Notes: generated from the sequence alone by a model not told the origin. Positions 52,135 to 63,472 are shown, counted from the stretch's first letter. The stretch: DNA of 64,000 nucleotides from Oceanispirochaeta sp. (GCA_963666275.2 CAXXOA010000002.1:672001-736000), one strand, 5' to 3'. A program made the numbers and translations.

Positions 52135-52505
52135 ATAGGTCTTCTCCTGATGACATGGGTTGCGTCTACTTCAGAAATCCGCTCCTGAAGCCTTGTTAAC
52201 AGCATAATCGGGAAAAGGCCCGGTCGGCAATCGTTCCTTGAAATTATTGATACGGTCGGGATGTCTTTTCCCTTTTTCGGCCCGGAATTCCGAAGGCTGT
52301 GTCATTTCAGAGAAGAGCTGTTTATCACATCCAAGCACAGCGTTCAGGCTCTGTGGGATAATCCATCAAGCATTTCTCTCCGGATTTTGACTCTACATGG
52401 TGTTAAAATCATGAGAAGAAGGACCCATAAAGGATTTTAAACCTGTAGAAGCATGAGTCCGCTCAAAGGGAACTATTTCCCATCTTTTTCAGATGAAAAT
52501 CCCGT

Positions 52506-53999
52506 TCAGTTTTTCACAACCCGGTTCCTTCCGGATTTTTTCGCTTTGTAGAGAGCTTCATCAGCTCTGTTGAGGATCGCTCTTTCATCAAAATGGTCTG
52601 CTTCTTCCGATGCATTGAAGATCCCGATAGAAACAGTCATAGCTACAGTTCCTTCCGGTAGGAGAAGCGGCGACGACGCGATGTTCCGGCGGATCCGCTC
52701 TGCAATGCTTTCCGAAACATCAGGAGAGTCACAGTCTAACAGTACGGCGAACTCTTCTCCTCCGAACCGTGCCGGGAAGTCTTTATCCCGCAATGTGTGC
52801 TGCATGATCTGGGTGATATGCTTCAGAGCCTGATCTCCCACGCTATGGCCCCAGGTATCGTTGACCTTTTTAAAATGATCAATATCCAGAATCAGCAGGC
52901 TGAAAGGGGAGCCCTCTTCCCTGAGTTTCCGGATCATCTGAGAGAACCGGTTATCAAAGGAGCCCCGGTTGGGTATTCCCGTAAGGGGATCAAAAGTCGC
53001 CTTGTGGTAGAGCTCTTCCTCCATTTTCTTACGTTCCGGAATATCTATGATAATACCAGCCATTTTCTCCATATGGCCTTCAGTGTCCAGGCTGATCCTG
53101 GCGATGACTTCGCTCCATATATACTCACTGTCTCGGAGGATTCTCAGGTCCTGACGAAAGTGCTGCTCCCCGGAATGGCGCTGCTTCCGCAGATACCGGA
53201 AAGCTTTTTTCAGATCTGCAGGGTGAATGTATTTCAGAGTCTGCAGCAGGGGCTGGTGAAGATTCTCGCTGAGGCCTTTGACTCTGGAAACAATTTTCGA
53301 GTTGAACCAGCAGTACCCGGTGTTGACATCCAGTTCCCAGGCACTGGATTCCATAAGATTGGACAGGATCTCAAACTGTTTGCTGGTGGAGCTTAATCGG
53401 TTTCGGAGAACTGCGTCTGAGAGCAGATGGGCTGTCATCCGCAGCAGGGCAATTTCTTCATCACTCCACTGGCAGGGGGTGGTACAGTCATCCAGCCCCA
53501 GGAGGCCCCACCACTCACCCTGAACCATAACGGGAATGCTGACGGTGGACAGGACTCCCTGGGCTGTCTGATAGTCCTTGAAATCGCTCTCTTCCAGTTC
53601 CGGAATGTTAGCCGTTTGCCACTCTCCCCGTCTGCGGCTTTCTACAAGAGCCCGGTAAGTGGGAGAGCAGGTATCGAATCTCCAGTGCTTCGTATCAAAA
53701 TTCGGTCTTTTCTTCAGGGCATGCTTCTGGTCATCCACCCATTCAAAAGGGAAATTCATAAGCATGTGTTTGTCGCTGAGTTCCAGGACCTGAAACAGCC
53801 AGACCCTGTTCACCCCTGTGATCCGGCCCAGGTCCGCTATCAGATCAGACACCCCATCGGGCCATCCCTTACCGCTGCTCAGTGCTTCCGCTCCGCGGGC
53901 CAGGGCTGCCAGAAGGCTATGTTCCCTGTCAGGCTTCAGGGGAGAAAGCCCGGTTATTGTACCGGTACGGACACCGGGTATCTTTTTATCTGTACTCAT
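52506..53999 (-). CDS. GAF-PAS-GGDEF diguanylate cyclase
   Basis: GAF (IPVM..GEWWG.LGLDD...WSDEEI), PAS (IHPAD), RDKD I-site, GGEEF. Confidence 0.92.
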   Translation of the reverse strand: MSTDKKIPGVRTGTITGLSPLKPDREHSLLAALARGAEALSSGKGWPDGVSDLIADLGRITGVNRVWLFQVLELSDKHMLMNFPFEWVDDQKHALKKRPNFDTKHWRFDTCSPTYRALVESRRRGEWQTANIPELEESDFKDYQTAQGVLSTVSIPVMVQGEWWGLLGLDDCTTPCQWSDEEIALLRMTAHLLSDAVLRNRLSSTSKQFEILSNLMESSAWELDVNTGYCWFNSKIVSRVKGLSENLHQPLLQTLKYIHPADLKKAFRYLRKQRHSGEQHFRQDLRILRDSEYIWSEVIARISLDTEGHMEKMAGIIIDIPERKKMEEELYHKATFDPLTGIPNRGSFDNRFSQMIRKLREEGSPFSLLILDIDHFKKVNDTWGHSVGDQALKHITQIMQHTLRDKDFPARFGGEEFAVLLDCDSPDVSESIAERIRRNIASSPLLLPEGTVAMTVSIGIFNASEEADHFDERAILNRADEALYKAKKSGRNRVVKN

Positions 54000-54295
54000 G
54001 ATTTCAATAGCTCTGCTCTTATTCTCATGGAGTCATCAGAGCGTCTGCTATTCTCGGGGAGAGACTGAAAAATCAGATCCGGGCAGACTGACTACCATGA
54101 GCTTCTTACGTAATCTTAAAAAAATTAGATCATTGATCTTACTAATAATATATGGGAAACAGATAAAAAATGGTATGTAAAATCTGTAAATCCTTATTTT
54201 TCTTCTTCTGCTTCCCTGAAATCCGGCCGATTGAATCAGCTCTTTTTTCAGGCAGAAAAATTGACTCTCAGAAAGAAAAAATTACAATTGTAGGA

Positions 54296-55054
54296 ATGGA
54301 AACAATTTTTTTTATTCCGGGTATGTGGACAGGGAAAGCCGCTTTCCCCCACTTTACGAACTATTTCACAGAGAAAGGCTATCGCTGTATAAACTCTGTA
54401 CTCAGATATCATGACATAGAGCCCGGAGAGAAGCCTGACCGGTTGCTGGCTACCACAGGTATTAAAGATTATGTGGATGATCTTGAAAAAGAGTTCAGAG
54501 CGATCGAGGGTCCCGTCATTATCCTGGGTCATTCCATGGGTGGGCTGCTGGCTCAGCTCCTTTGTGAGCGGGTCTCTCCGGAGAAGCTCATTCTTTTCAG
54601 TTCTGCTCCCCCCCTGGGAATTGCCGCCCTTTCCTATTCGGTGGTAAAAACCTATCTGGGGATTTTTTTCAAGCCCTTTTTCTGGAAAAGAAGTCACAAG
54701 CTCTCTTTTAAACGGGCCTGTTATGCGATCCTGAATAATCTGGGGCCGGAAGAGCAGAAGAAGGAGTACGGCAATTTTGTCTATGAGTCTGGAAAAGCCA
54801 TGCGTGAAATAGGATTACCCCAGTTCTCCCGTCAAAAAGTGACAAAGGTTGATCCTGATAAAATTCACTGCCCTGTTCTGGTCATTCATGGCAGGGAAGA
54901 CCGTATTGTTCCCTCTAAAACCGGAGAGATGATTGCACAAAAATATAAAGATGTTGCCACTTTGAAACTGATAGAAAATAGGGCGCACCTGATCGAAATT
55001 GAAGAAGGTTGGGAAGAGGTTGCCGATTATATCTATTCCTGGATTCGAGCATGA
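54296..55054 (+). CDS. alpha/beta hydrolase
   Basis: GHSMGG, VIHG.ED.IVP, AH; start set to ATG 54296. Confidence 0.88.
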   Translation: METIFFIPGMWTGKAAFPHFTNYFTEKGYRCINSVLRYHDIEPGEKPDRLLATTGIKDYVDDLEKEFRAIEGPVIILGHSMGGLLAQLLCERVSPEKLILFSSAPPLGIAALSYSVVKTYLGIFFKPFFWKRSHKLSFKRACYAILNNLGPEEQKKEYGNFVYESGKAMREIGLPQFSRQKVTKVDPDKIHCPVLVIHGREDRIVPSKTGEMIAQKYKDVATLKLIENRAHLIEIEEGWEEVADYIYSWIRA

Positions 55055-55209
55055 TTGTTAATATTCCCCGGAATGACTGATCAGAGTGATATTGAGCTGT
55101 TTTTGCCGAAATTCTCTTGACTCTTTTTTCTTATTGTTTCAGAGTTTGGAAACTAAGAATATAATACTATTTATATATTGCGTCTATGCTATAAAAAGGG
55201 GTTGAAGAC

Positions 55210-56388
55210 ATGAGAGATAAGCGGAATATTATGCTTTTGACATTGGGACTGCTTGCGTTCCTTACAAATGGAGACAACTATGCGGCGGCGCCTCTGCTGC
55301 TGAATATATCCCGGGACCTGGGTCTGGAGTTGCCGAAAGCTGCTCTTTCTGTGACAGCCTATATGCTCTCTTTCGGTCTGTTTACACTGATTTTCGGACC
55401 TCTTTCCGACAGATTCGGGAAAGTTGCTATCATCAGAGTTGCCGCCTTTGGAACAGCCATCTTCAGTATTGTCGGAGGTTTTGCCTTCAATCTGCCCAGT
55501 CTGATCGTGTTCAGAAGTTTCAACGGGGCCTTCGGAGCCGGTATTTTTCCCGTTACGATGGCTCTGGTGGGTCAGTCCTTCAGTGATAAAGAAAGGCAGG
55601 GGGCCCTGGGAAAGGTCATGGGGCTGATGTTTCTGGGCGGGGCCACCGCAACAGCCCTGGGCGGTATCATCTCCTATTTCGGATCCTGGCGGCTTGTGTA
55701 TATCCTATATGGAGTGGGAGAACTTATTATTGCTTTCGCCATTCTGAAAATCCTTGAAAAAGACAAAAGTGTTGTGGAAAAACTGAATTTTCTGGAAGCC
55801 TATAAGACACCTTTCTCCAATTACCGGTTTATGAGGCTGGTCCTTGTGATTTTCCTTGTGGGATTTACTGTGTTCGGCAGCTTTACCTACTCGGGTAAGC
55901 TCCTTCAGTCTCTGACGGGGTTTTCAGTCCTTCAGGTGGGACTGATCCTCTCTTTCTTTGGACTGGGAACTGTCTTCGGAGGGAGGATCGCTCCCAGAGC
56001 CAGAATGATTCTGAAACACGGTTTCCTCGTTACCGCCGGAATCCTTGGGTTTGCGGGACTCTATGCTCTGTCAGTCCTGAATAATGTGTACTTCCTGGCG
56101 CTGGCTCTGTTCGGTTTTGGCGTGGCTTTTATTTTTCTCCAATCTACCCTTGTGGCAACGGCCCAGGCAAAGCTGCCGGCAATGCGCGGAACCGCTATGT
56201 CCCTGGCATCATTTAACATGTTTGTCGGGGGCGCTGTGGGAACTGCAGTCAATGGAAAGATCATGGCCGCGTTTGGTATCAGTTCCATTTTTTTCAATGC
56301 TTCCTTCGTCATTCTCATAGCCGGCCTGATTGCCTCGGTATTCATTGCCCGGTTCGAGATGAGGCAGAGGCTGGTAAAGGTCTCTTAA
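55210..56388 (+). CDS. MFS transporter
   Basis: GPLSDRFGK motif A; about 12 TMs. Confidence 0.92.
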   Translation: MRDKRNIMLLTLGLLAFLTNGDNYAAAPLLLNISRDLGLELPKAALSVTAYMLSFGLFTLIFGPLSDRFGKVAIIRVAAFGTAIFSIVGGFAFNLPSLIVFRSFNGAFGAGIFPVTMALVGQSFSDKERQGALGKVMGLMFLGGATATALGGIISYFGSWRLVYILYGVGELIIAFAILKILEKDKSVVEKLNFLEAYKTPFSNYRFMRLVLVIFLVGFTVFGSFTYSGKLLQSLTGFSVLQVGLILSFFGLGTVFGGRIAPRARMILKHGFLVTAGILGFAGLYALSVLNNVYFLALALFGFGVAFIFLQSTLVATAQAKLPAMRGTAMSLASFNMFVGGAVGTAVNGKIMAAFGISSIFFNASFVILIAGLIASVFIARFEMRQRLVKVS

Positions 56389-56509
56389 CACCGTTTCTCT
56401 CCTTACCCGGGGAAAACCCCCGGGAATGGCTTCTTCCCCTTTTCCGGACCGGGTATAATTGATTTATTGTATCCCTCTGCAGATCCCATCCCGGGAAAGG
56501 AAAGAAGCC

Positions 56510-57838
56510 GTGATCAGCAATGAAAATGTATACGAACAGATAGAAAGCCTCAGCGAGAACCTTCAGGAGTACATCCTTCAGATGAGGCGGGATTTTCATC
56601 AATTCCCCGAACCGGGCTGGCTGGAAGTCAGGACTTCATCGCTGATTGCCCGGGAACTGCACCGGATGGGATATGAGGTTTTAACAGGAGAGGATGTCTG
56701 TCTGAAGGAGGCCCGGATGGGGGTTCCATCCCGGGATGTGCTGGACCGGGAGTACGAACGCGCCCTGGCGCAGGGAGCGGATGAATCCTTTGCGGTAACA
56801 ATGCGGGACGGTATGACCGGGGTTATCGGTCTTCTGAAAAATGGTTCCGGCCCTACAACAGCCCTCCGCTTTGATCTGGATGCTCTGAGGGTTCAGGAAA
56901 GCGGGGACCCCGGCCATGGCCCCTGCAGAGAAGGTTTCGACTCAGTCAATGAGGGATACATGCATGCCTGCGGACATGACGGCCATGCCGCCCTGGGCCT
57001 GGGAGTCGCTGAAGTGCTCATGGAAATCCGCCATGAGTGGCAGGGAACCCTCAAGCTTATATTTCAACCCGCCGAAGAAGGGGTCCGGGGAGCAAAAGCC
57101 CTTGTTGAGAAGGGGCATCTCGATCATGTGGACTATCTGATCGGGGCCCATATTTCTGAATCAGAAGGGTATGACGGGGATTTCATTCCGGGATCCCATG
57201 GCGCCCTGGCAACGACAAAACTGGATGTGGTCTTCCATGGAAAGGGCGCCCATGCCGGATCGGCACCCCAGACAGGGAGGCATGTCATGCTGGGCGTTGC
57301 CGCGGCCATAAGCAATTTATATGGAATTCCAAGGACCGGCGCCGGGGCATCAAGGATTAACGTGGGAACCCTTAAAGCCGGGAGGGGGAGGAATATCATT
57401 GCGGACAATGCAGAAATGGAGATAGAGGTAAGAGGCGAAACTTCACAGATAAATCAGTACATGGAGGATTATGCCAGGAGAATCATTGCTTCATCTGCCC
57501 AGATGCATGGACTCTCCTGTGAAATCAGAGAGATGGGATCCGCACTGACTCTCAGCAGTGACAAAGACCTGATAGAAAGAGTCAGAACCATTTGCCGTGA
57601 AAATCTTGCTTCTGTTAAAGTCTCCTCTTTGGACAGTATGCATTTTGAAGAAAGCGAAGACTTTTCCATTATGATGAAGAGGGTGCAGGAAAAGGGGGGA
57701 TCCGCGACGTTTATGCGGCTCCTTTCTCCACTTGCCGATGTGCTCCACGGGAAAGAATTTGATTTTGATGAATCCTGTCTGATCCAGGGTGTAAAAGTCT
57801 TTGCCGCTGTTTGCCATGATCTGCTGCAGGACAATTGA
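56510..57838 (+). CDS. M20-family amidohydrolase (AbgA-like)
   Basis: RRDFH..PE.GW.E, RFDLDAL, MHACGHDGH, FQPAEEG, SEDF; GTG start 56510. Confidence 0.88.
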   Translation: MISNENVYEQIESLSENLQEYILQMRRDFHQFPEPGWLEVRTSSLIARELHRMGYEVLTGEDVCLKEARMGVPSRDVLDREYERALAQGADESFAVTMRDGMTGVIGLLKNGSGPTTALRFDLDALRVQESGDPGHGPCREGFDSVNEGYMHACGHDGHAALGLGVAEVLMEIRHEWQGTLKLIFQPAEEGVRGAKALVEKGHLDHVDYLIGAHISESEGYDGDFIPGSHGALATTKLDVVFHGKGAHAGSAPQTGRHVMLGVAAAISNLYGIPRTGAGASRINVGTLKAGRGRNIIADNAEMEIEVRGETSQINQYMEDYARRIIASSAQMHGLSCEIREMGSALTLSSDKDLIERVRTICRENLASVKVSSLDSMHFEESEDFSIMMKRVQEKGGSATFMRLLSPLADVLHGKEFDFDESCLIQGVKVFAAVCHDLLQDN

Positions 57839-57970
57839 ATTCCCGGACAGCACAATGCCCTGTCTCTGACTATAAACCCTTTGAAAGTATTTTAACCCCT
57901 CTGCCGTGGGAAGTGTGTTTGAAAAATTACTGAGCAGACACTAACGTTAAAGATAAGGAGTTTATTATTT

Positions 57971-58366
57971 ATGCCTTTGTTGAAATGGGATGATTCTTAT
58001 AGTACGGGAATAGAAAGGATGGATGATCAGCATAAAAAATGGATAAACATAATAAACAGGTTTTATGATGATCTGAACAATGTGGGATTTAAGGATAATA
58101 CTAAAAAGCTTCTGGACGATGCGATTGAGTATACCCATCATCATTTTTCACAGGAGGAAGAACTGATGAAAAAGATGAACTATCCCAAACTTGCTGAACA
58201 TCATGCCGAGCATGAAAGGATCAAGAAAAAACTGGTTGATTTTAAACAGGCTCTTGAGAAAGGAGCTCTTAATGTCTCTCAACCAATAACAAATGAATTG
58301 AAAAACTGGTTTAGAGAGCATGTTACTGCTCTTGATAAAGAGTATGGGGATTATTCAAAGCTCTGA
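57971..58366 (+). CDS. bacteriohemerythrin
   Basis: W...YSTGI..MD.QH, HF..EE, H..EH, H...D. Confidence 0.92.
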   Translation: MPLLKWDDSYSTGIERMDDQHKKWINIINRFYDDLNNVGFKDNTKKLLDDAIEYTHHHFSQEEELMKKMNYPKLAEHHAEHERIKKKLVDFKQALEKGALNVSQPITNELKNWFREHVTALDKEYGDYSKL

Positions 58367-58448
58367 ACTGTAATCTTCTTCTCTCTGCGGAAGGGACTTT
58401 TAGATAAGGCAGCCTTGCCGGCCCCTCCCGCAGTGGAAGGACGCCGTC

Positions 58449-58982
58449 TTAAATTGACGGTGTGGTTATACCCTGTTTCGAGAAGGTTTTGACAATTTTC
58501 TGGTAAAACATATTGTTGGGAACATGGGTGAGGTTCCCTTCAGAGTCACTGAGAACCACAAAAAAGCCGTTGATATCCTTGACCTTGCCTGAGATACCAT
58601 CGGGTAGAATTTCAATATCATCATCGACCTTGAAGGGCCGGAAAAAGAAAAGAATGACTCCGGCAAAAATATTGCTCAGGATACTCCAGACAGCAAAAAA
58701 ACCAATTGCGATGAGTCCTATGAATCCGGCAATAGAAACCCAGGCATTTTCAAAGGAGACTCCCCAGAGGATTATCAGGCCGATAATCGCAGCCATATTG
58801 AAAGCAATGGTTTTGGTTTTATGCATGGCCAGATTCCGGGGCTGGGACATCCTGTTTTTTCTGACATAGCTGTCAATGCCTTTCTGGGCGATTTTCTGGA
58901 GGAGTAAGTCTAAAAACAGAATTCCCAATGAAATGAATCCCTTAATCAGGATTGTTGAACTGATATTTATATTCTCTAACAT
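58449..58982 (-). CDS. small-conductance mechanosensitive channel (MscS-family, short)
   Basis: SNIFAG..L...RPFKVDD.I...G.V..I...VPNN; start ATG 58982. Confidence 0.85.
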   Translation of the reverse strand: MLENINISSTILIKGFISLGILFLDLLLQKIAQKGIDSYVRKNRMSQPRNLAMHKTKTIAFNMAAIIGLIILWGVSFENAWVSIAGFIGLIAIGFFAVWSILSNIFAGVILFFFRPFKVDDDIEILPDGISGKVKDINGFFVVLSDSEGNLTHVPNNMFYQKIVKTFSKQGITTPSI

Positions 58983-59272
58983 AATAGTTAGTATACTAAA
59001 TAAAAAACAGGATGTCACCCTAATAGATATTTTTCCTTTGAAAGGGGTCTGATCGAATTTATAGCTTTATAACGGGTTTTTTACCCTTTATATTAAAAAT
59101 CATTCCGAAAATTTTTAGCTATTTGACTCTCTTTAAAGCTAAGGCTGCTAATTAGTTCAGGTTTTAATTCCCATCCGGGAAGTATAAATCCACAAGGGCT
59201 CTATCTTATTATTCAATACCGTCTATAATGGGGCATACTCCGAAAAAATTCTCAGGAGTAAAAGGTCACAAC

Positions 59273-59518
59273 ATGCCATCAAAAGCCGATTCTCTTAAAA
59301 AACAGATTCTGGAAGCCATTCAAAATGATGATGCTCCTATCATCATGACATCTGTTTTAGTCTCCGTCGTGAAAAAAGGGTCATTTTTCTCTCCCTCTCT
59401 GGAAGTTCAGCTCAGCGGAAGGGTTGATAAAGAGAGTGATAAGGTCGCCATTGAACGGATTGCCGCAGAAACAGCCGGAAATACACCGGTGGTCAGTACT
59501 CTCCGTTTCAAACCCTGA
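59273..59518 (+). CDS. small BON-domain-like protein
   Basis: VQLSGRVD.E.DK...ERIA....G...VVSTL; AGGAG RBS. Confidence 0.6.
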   Translation: MPSKADSLKKQILEAIQNDDAPIIMTSVLVSVVKKGSFFSPSLEVQLSGRVDKESDKVAIERIAAETAGNTPVVSTLRFKP

Positions 59519-59625
59519 TAAACACAGGGCCTATTCCCCCGATGACACGCTCCTGATTTTCGGGAGATCTCTCACACGGATTTTCCTGTAAAAGAAAGGA
59601 TCCGTTTAAATGGGGAAATCTGAAT

Positions 59626-60819
59626 CTACTCTTTTCTGACCCTGTTGCGGCCGTCTATTTTGGCTTTGTAAAGGCGGTGGTCAGACAGTTTTAAAAGCTC
59701 TTCCCTGTCATAGGCTTCAGTCCAGGCGGCGACTCCGAGGCTGACGGTAACCTGCCCCACGTTTTCAAATGTATATGCTTCTATCCCTGCCCGGATCCGT
59801 TCTGCGAGTCTTGCTGCCTGATCTATACTGCTCAGCCGTACGATTATAAGGAATTCCTCGCCGCCCCATCTCCCGCAGATATCAAGTTCCCTGACATTTT
59901 CCTGAATAAGTTGGGCGATGGTCTTCAGAACCCGATCACCCACATCGTGTCCATGTGTGTCGTTCACAAGTTTGAAGTGGTCCACATCAAGCAGTATGAG
60001 GGAAAAATCATTATGATAGCGTTTACAGAGAGCAACCTCTTCAGAAAGAGCTTCTTCAAGTTTACGGCGGTTATATATGGATGTGAGAGAATCGTATGTG
60101 GATATATGCTTCAATTCTTCATTGATAACTGATATTTCTGAATTCTTTTCTTCAAGCCGTCTGTTGGCATCTTCAATTGTTTTTGCATTGAGAAATATTT
60201 TTACAAACCGGCTGTATTGCACGACTGCTATCAGCCACGCGAGAATCCCGTTTGAAATGACATCTGCCACAATGACCTGGCTCATTTTGTCCGGATAAAT
60301 GACAGGAAGCAAAGAAAGGACACTGAGGGAAAGCAGAAAATACAGGATGAAGCTTTGCATGTATGAGAGATAGAAAAATACAGAAATGACATAGATGACC
60401 GCAAGGTAGATCGTCGGGAGACGCAGTCCGTCAAAATCCACCAGAAAAAGCCGCATAAGAATAATTCCGATGCCTGCCAATCCTGGAATCAGTTCGAAGA
60501 CCTTATGAAAGAGACGGATCCTGCGTTTTTTGCTTCGGGTTTTGAGAAAATAGAGAGAGGCAGCAGCAACAACGCCCATGGAACAGGATGTCATTAAATA
60601 TATCTTCTGCAGCATGGATTGGGATTGAGAAACAATAAGGGCATAAAGAAACTGTTCAATGAATAGGAACAGGGAAATTGAAAAAATTCTGTAAATATTC
60701 TGGTTGAATTTATAACTGTAATAATCTGATCTCAGATCTGAAGGGATGCCGGGAAATAGAGAACCGGGTATTTTTGAAATAAAATCTTTTACCGTCACTG
60801 TTCTCTCCCTGATAATCAC
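59626..60819 (-). CDS. membrane-bound diguanylate cyclase
   Basis: About 6 TMs, coiled coil, DVDHFK.VNDT.GH, RELD I-site, GGEEF. Confidence 0.92.
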   Translation of the reverse strand: MIIRERTVTVKDFISKIPGSLFPGIPSDLRSDYYSYKFNQNIYRIFSISLFLFIEQFLYALIVSQSQSMLQKIYLMTSCSMGVVAAASLYFLKTRSKKRRIRLFHKVFELIPGLAGIGIILMRLFLVDFDGLRLPTIYLAVIYVISVFFYLSYMQSFILYFLLSLSVLSLLPVIYPDKMSQVIVADVISNGILAWLIAVVQYSRFVKIFLNAKTIEDANRRLEEKNSEISVINEELKHISTYDSLTSIYNRRKLEEALSEEVALCKRYHNDFSLILLDVDHFKLVNDTHGHDVGDRVLKTIAQLIQENVRELDICGRWGGEEFLIIVRLSSIDQAARLAERIRAGIEAYTFENVGQVTVSLGVAAWTEAYDREELLKLSDHRLYKAKIDGRNRVRKE

Positions 60820-61043
60820 TTCCCACCTTTATTAAATGACTGCAGCAAATCCGGCTTATAAAATGGTATCCTCAAGCCTATAGGGAATACTGTTTTATGC
60901 CAATACCAGTCTGACCCAGATGGGCCAGCTGAAATGGAAGAGTCCCGGTTTTTCCGGTGAGCCCTGAGGAATAAGAATGCTAAAAGGCATTGATTCTGAT
61001 CCGTTTTCACCCTATTTTTATTTAAAGAGAGTAGATCTTAAAA

Positions 61044-61787
61044 ATGGCCAGCAAAAGTAGGACATCCGATTCCCGGATAACAATGAAACAGAATCCGCGA
61101 TTCCCTGGAATTGAGGTTAAATCGGGAAAAAACCAATTTTCCCGTCATGCCCATATTCACCAGGCCTGGTCTTTCAGTTTTGTGCTGAAAGGGCAAACCC
61201 GTGTTTCATTGGGTACAGGAAAACTTGAGCTCAGTAAAAATCAGTTTATTGCGGTACCTCCGGGGGTCCCTCATCTTTGTTCTCCCGAAATTGACTCGGG
61301 TTTCAGTTTTACTGTTCTCTATCTACCGTCAGAGTATCTTGGTCTCCATGATTCTGAATTCAGACAGATCAGATCCGGAGAAATAGAAGCGGCCGTTGTC
61401 GATGATCTTGTCATACAGTTCCTTCAGAGTCATAGTGATAAGGATCTGGAAATCAGCAGGGAGAAGCTAAGGCATATTCTGGTTGGGAACAGTTCGGTAT
61501 TATTCGACAGCAGGGAATATAACTTTCTGGATCCGGAATCCGGATCTATGGAAAGAATTACCCAAGGCAGCCGGTTTCAGGAGTATCGATATGCCCGGAA
61601 AACTTTCGGTATCGGCATGAAAAAAATCTCTACGATTGAAAAGATGGAAAGAGCTAAAAAGCTCCTGTCTGATGAAGAGGATCTGGCAGACATCGCACTG
61701 CGCTGCGGATTCTATGATCAAAGCCATTTTTCCAGGGTTTTTAAGCTCTATACAGGTTTTACTCCCGCCAGTTATCTTAAAAAATAA
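61044..61787 (+). CDS. AraC-family regulator
   Basis: RHAHIH cupin; IALRCGFYDQSHFSRVFK..TG.TP; true start may be 61083. Confidence 0.82.
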   Translation: MASKSRTSDSRITMKQNPRFPGIEVKSGKNQFSRHAHIHQAWSFSFVLKGQTRVSLGTGKLELSKNQFIAVPPGVPHLCSPEIDSGFSFTVLYLPSEYLGLHDSEFRQIRSGEIEAAVVDDLVIQFLQSHSDKDLEISREKLRHILVGNSSVLFDSREYNFLDPESGSMERITQGSRFQEYRYARKTFGIGMKKISTIEKMERAKKLLSDEEDLADIALRCGFYDQSHFSRVFKLYTGFTPASYLKK

Positions 61788-61837
61788 TCCGCACATTTCT
61801 CCAATACAGATCATCGCTGATCCTCTATTCTTTTGCT

Positions 61838-62494
61838 ATGAATACATCCGTTTTTCCCCTGGTTATCACAGTTATTTTCGCCCATTTCCTGGCGCTTTTA
61901 AGTCCCGGCCCTGATTTCATGCTGCTTGTGAAGAGTGGAATCAGAAACAGATTACGAAGTGCCCTGGGGCTGTCTGTAGGGATCGCCTGCGCTAACGCTG
62001 TGTATATTCTCCTATGCATCATCGGTCTGGGTGAGTTCCTTACGAAATCTCTTTTCCTGCTCCGTCTTGTGAAAGCTTCGGGAGGAGTCTTTCTGCTGTA
62101 TATTGCAGTGTCTGCCCTGAAATCCGGAAAGGAAAAATATCATTTTAAGCAGGAAATTCAGACCTCAACGGGAGGGAAAGAAAAGTTTCACTCCGAGTTT
62201 CTGGCCGGTTTTCTGTCGGGCATTACAAATCCCAAAAATCTTGTTTTCTATTTAAGCCTCTTCTCAATGGTTCTTTCTGCCGGAACGGGTAAAGGGCTGA
62301 AGATCGGTCTGGGAGTCTGGATGACCTGTCTTGTCTTTTTCTGGGACAGTATGATTCTCATGGTTCTGTCCCGGGAGCCGGTGCGTAAGGCCTTTTCGGG
62401 TGTTGTCTACTACATCGATAAAACCGCGGGGATTATCATAGCTGGCCTGGGGGTGAAGCTCATAATCTCGGCTGTGAAAGATCACAGCATATGA
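61838..62494 (+). CDS. LysE-family exporter
   Basis: ALLSPGPDF, GG.FLLYIA, GFLSGITNPK. Confidence 0.9.
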   Translation: MNTSVFPLVITVIFAHFLALLSPGPDFMLLVKSGIRNRLRSALGLSVGIACANAVYILLCIIGLGEFLTKSLFLLRLVKASGGVFLLYIAVSALKSGKEKYHFKQEIQTSTGGKEKFHSEFLAGFLSGITNPKNLVFYLSLFSMVLSAGTGKGLKIGLGVWMTCLVFFWDSMILMVLSREPVRKAFSGVVYYIDKTAGIIIAGLGVKLIISAVKDHSI

Positions 62495-62668
62495 TTACTG
62501 TTGGCAGACTCCGGAATCAATCAGGCCCTTCCGGAACAGACCCCTCCGTTTTTGTAAAGCATAGCATAGTCAGTTTATACTAGTCGGTCATTGGTGGGAG
62601 GAACGTCTGTTCATCTATAGGAACTTCCTTCCTGTTTCTGTATACTGAATCTCATTCAGGAGGAACTG

Positions 62669-63472
62669 ATGGACTCTGTCCCGCAAATTTCCAGAACGAT
62701 TCAGCTTGGCTACCGATCGGTATTTCAGGACGGGCGTATTGCTCCGGCTCTTCTCTGGGAGGAGCTGGAAGAAACTGCAGAACAGCACTGCCGCGCCATA
62801 GGTCAAAATGTTTTTTCACTTCTCAGGAGGAATGAAGCCTGGGTGCTGAAAAGCGGACGCTCCCGTATGATCCGCTACCCCGGTTATGGGGAGTCCATTG
62901 AAATTACAAGCCATATTCGAAAGATGGACAGATTCAAAGGGTTCAGAGAGTTTGTTCTCCGGGATACGGCAGGCAGGATTCTGGGAGAGGTTTCCACCCT
63001 CTGGACGTATATGGATCTTGAAAAAAGGGCACTGAAACCAATTCCTGAAGTTTTCAACCGGAAATGGGGCTGTCTCCCCGGTATCTCTGAAATAGAGCCT
63101 CCCCGGAAAAAAGATTTCCTTCCCCTTACCGACTGCTTCAGTGAAACATTCAAAGTCAGAAGGCGTGATATAGACTCCAGCGCCCATGTTCATAATATCC
63201 GCTACCTCGAGTGGCTTATGGAATCAGTCCCGCATGGCCTCTACAGAGATTCTCAGATTTCAGATTTTTCGATCCTGTATCTGAAGGAGCTGGCTCCGGG
63301 AGCTTCCGTTCAGGTCAGAACCCAGGCCCTCGGTGGAGACTCTTTCCGGCACGACTATTTTGATGCCCATACTGGAATCCTCCTCTGCCGGGCCGCATCG
63401 CACTGGAAGAGTAAAGTCTCTTTGTACGGCATGCAGGAAGCCGAATCCCTTCCCATGGTCAGTTCCGGCTGA
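62669..63472 (+). CDS. acyl-ACP thioesterase
   Basis: WVL......RYP.YGE.I.I, VRRRDIDSSAHVHNIRYLEW..E. Confidence 0.85.
   Translation: MDSVPQISRTIQLGYRSVFQDGRIAPALLWEELEETAEQHCRAIGQNVFSLLRRNEAWVLKSGRSRMIRYPGYGESIEITSHIRKMDRFKGFREFVLRDTAGRILGEVSTLWTYMDLEKRALKPIPEVFNRKWGCLPGISEIEPPRKKDFLPLTDCFSETFKVRRRDIDSSAHVHNIRYLEWLMESVPHGLYRDSQISDFSILYLKELAPGASVQVRTQALGGDSFRHDYFDAHTGILLCRAASHWKSKVSLYGMQEAESLPMVSSG

Noticed and set aside
52135..52505. Purine riboswitch upstream of the deaminase
   Set aside because: The conserved purine-aptamer core was not found by eye on the minus strand; an Rfam scan would settle it.
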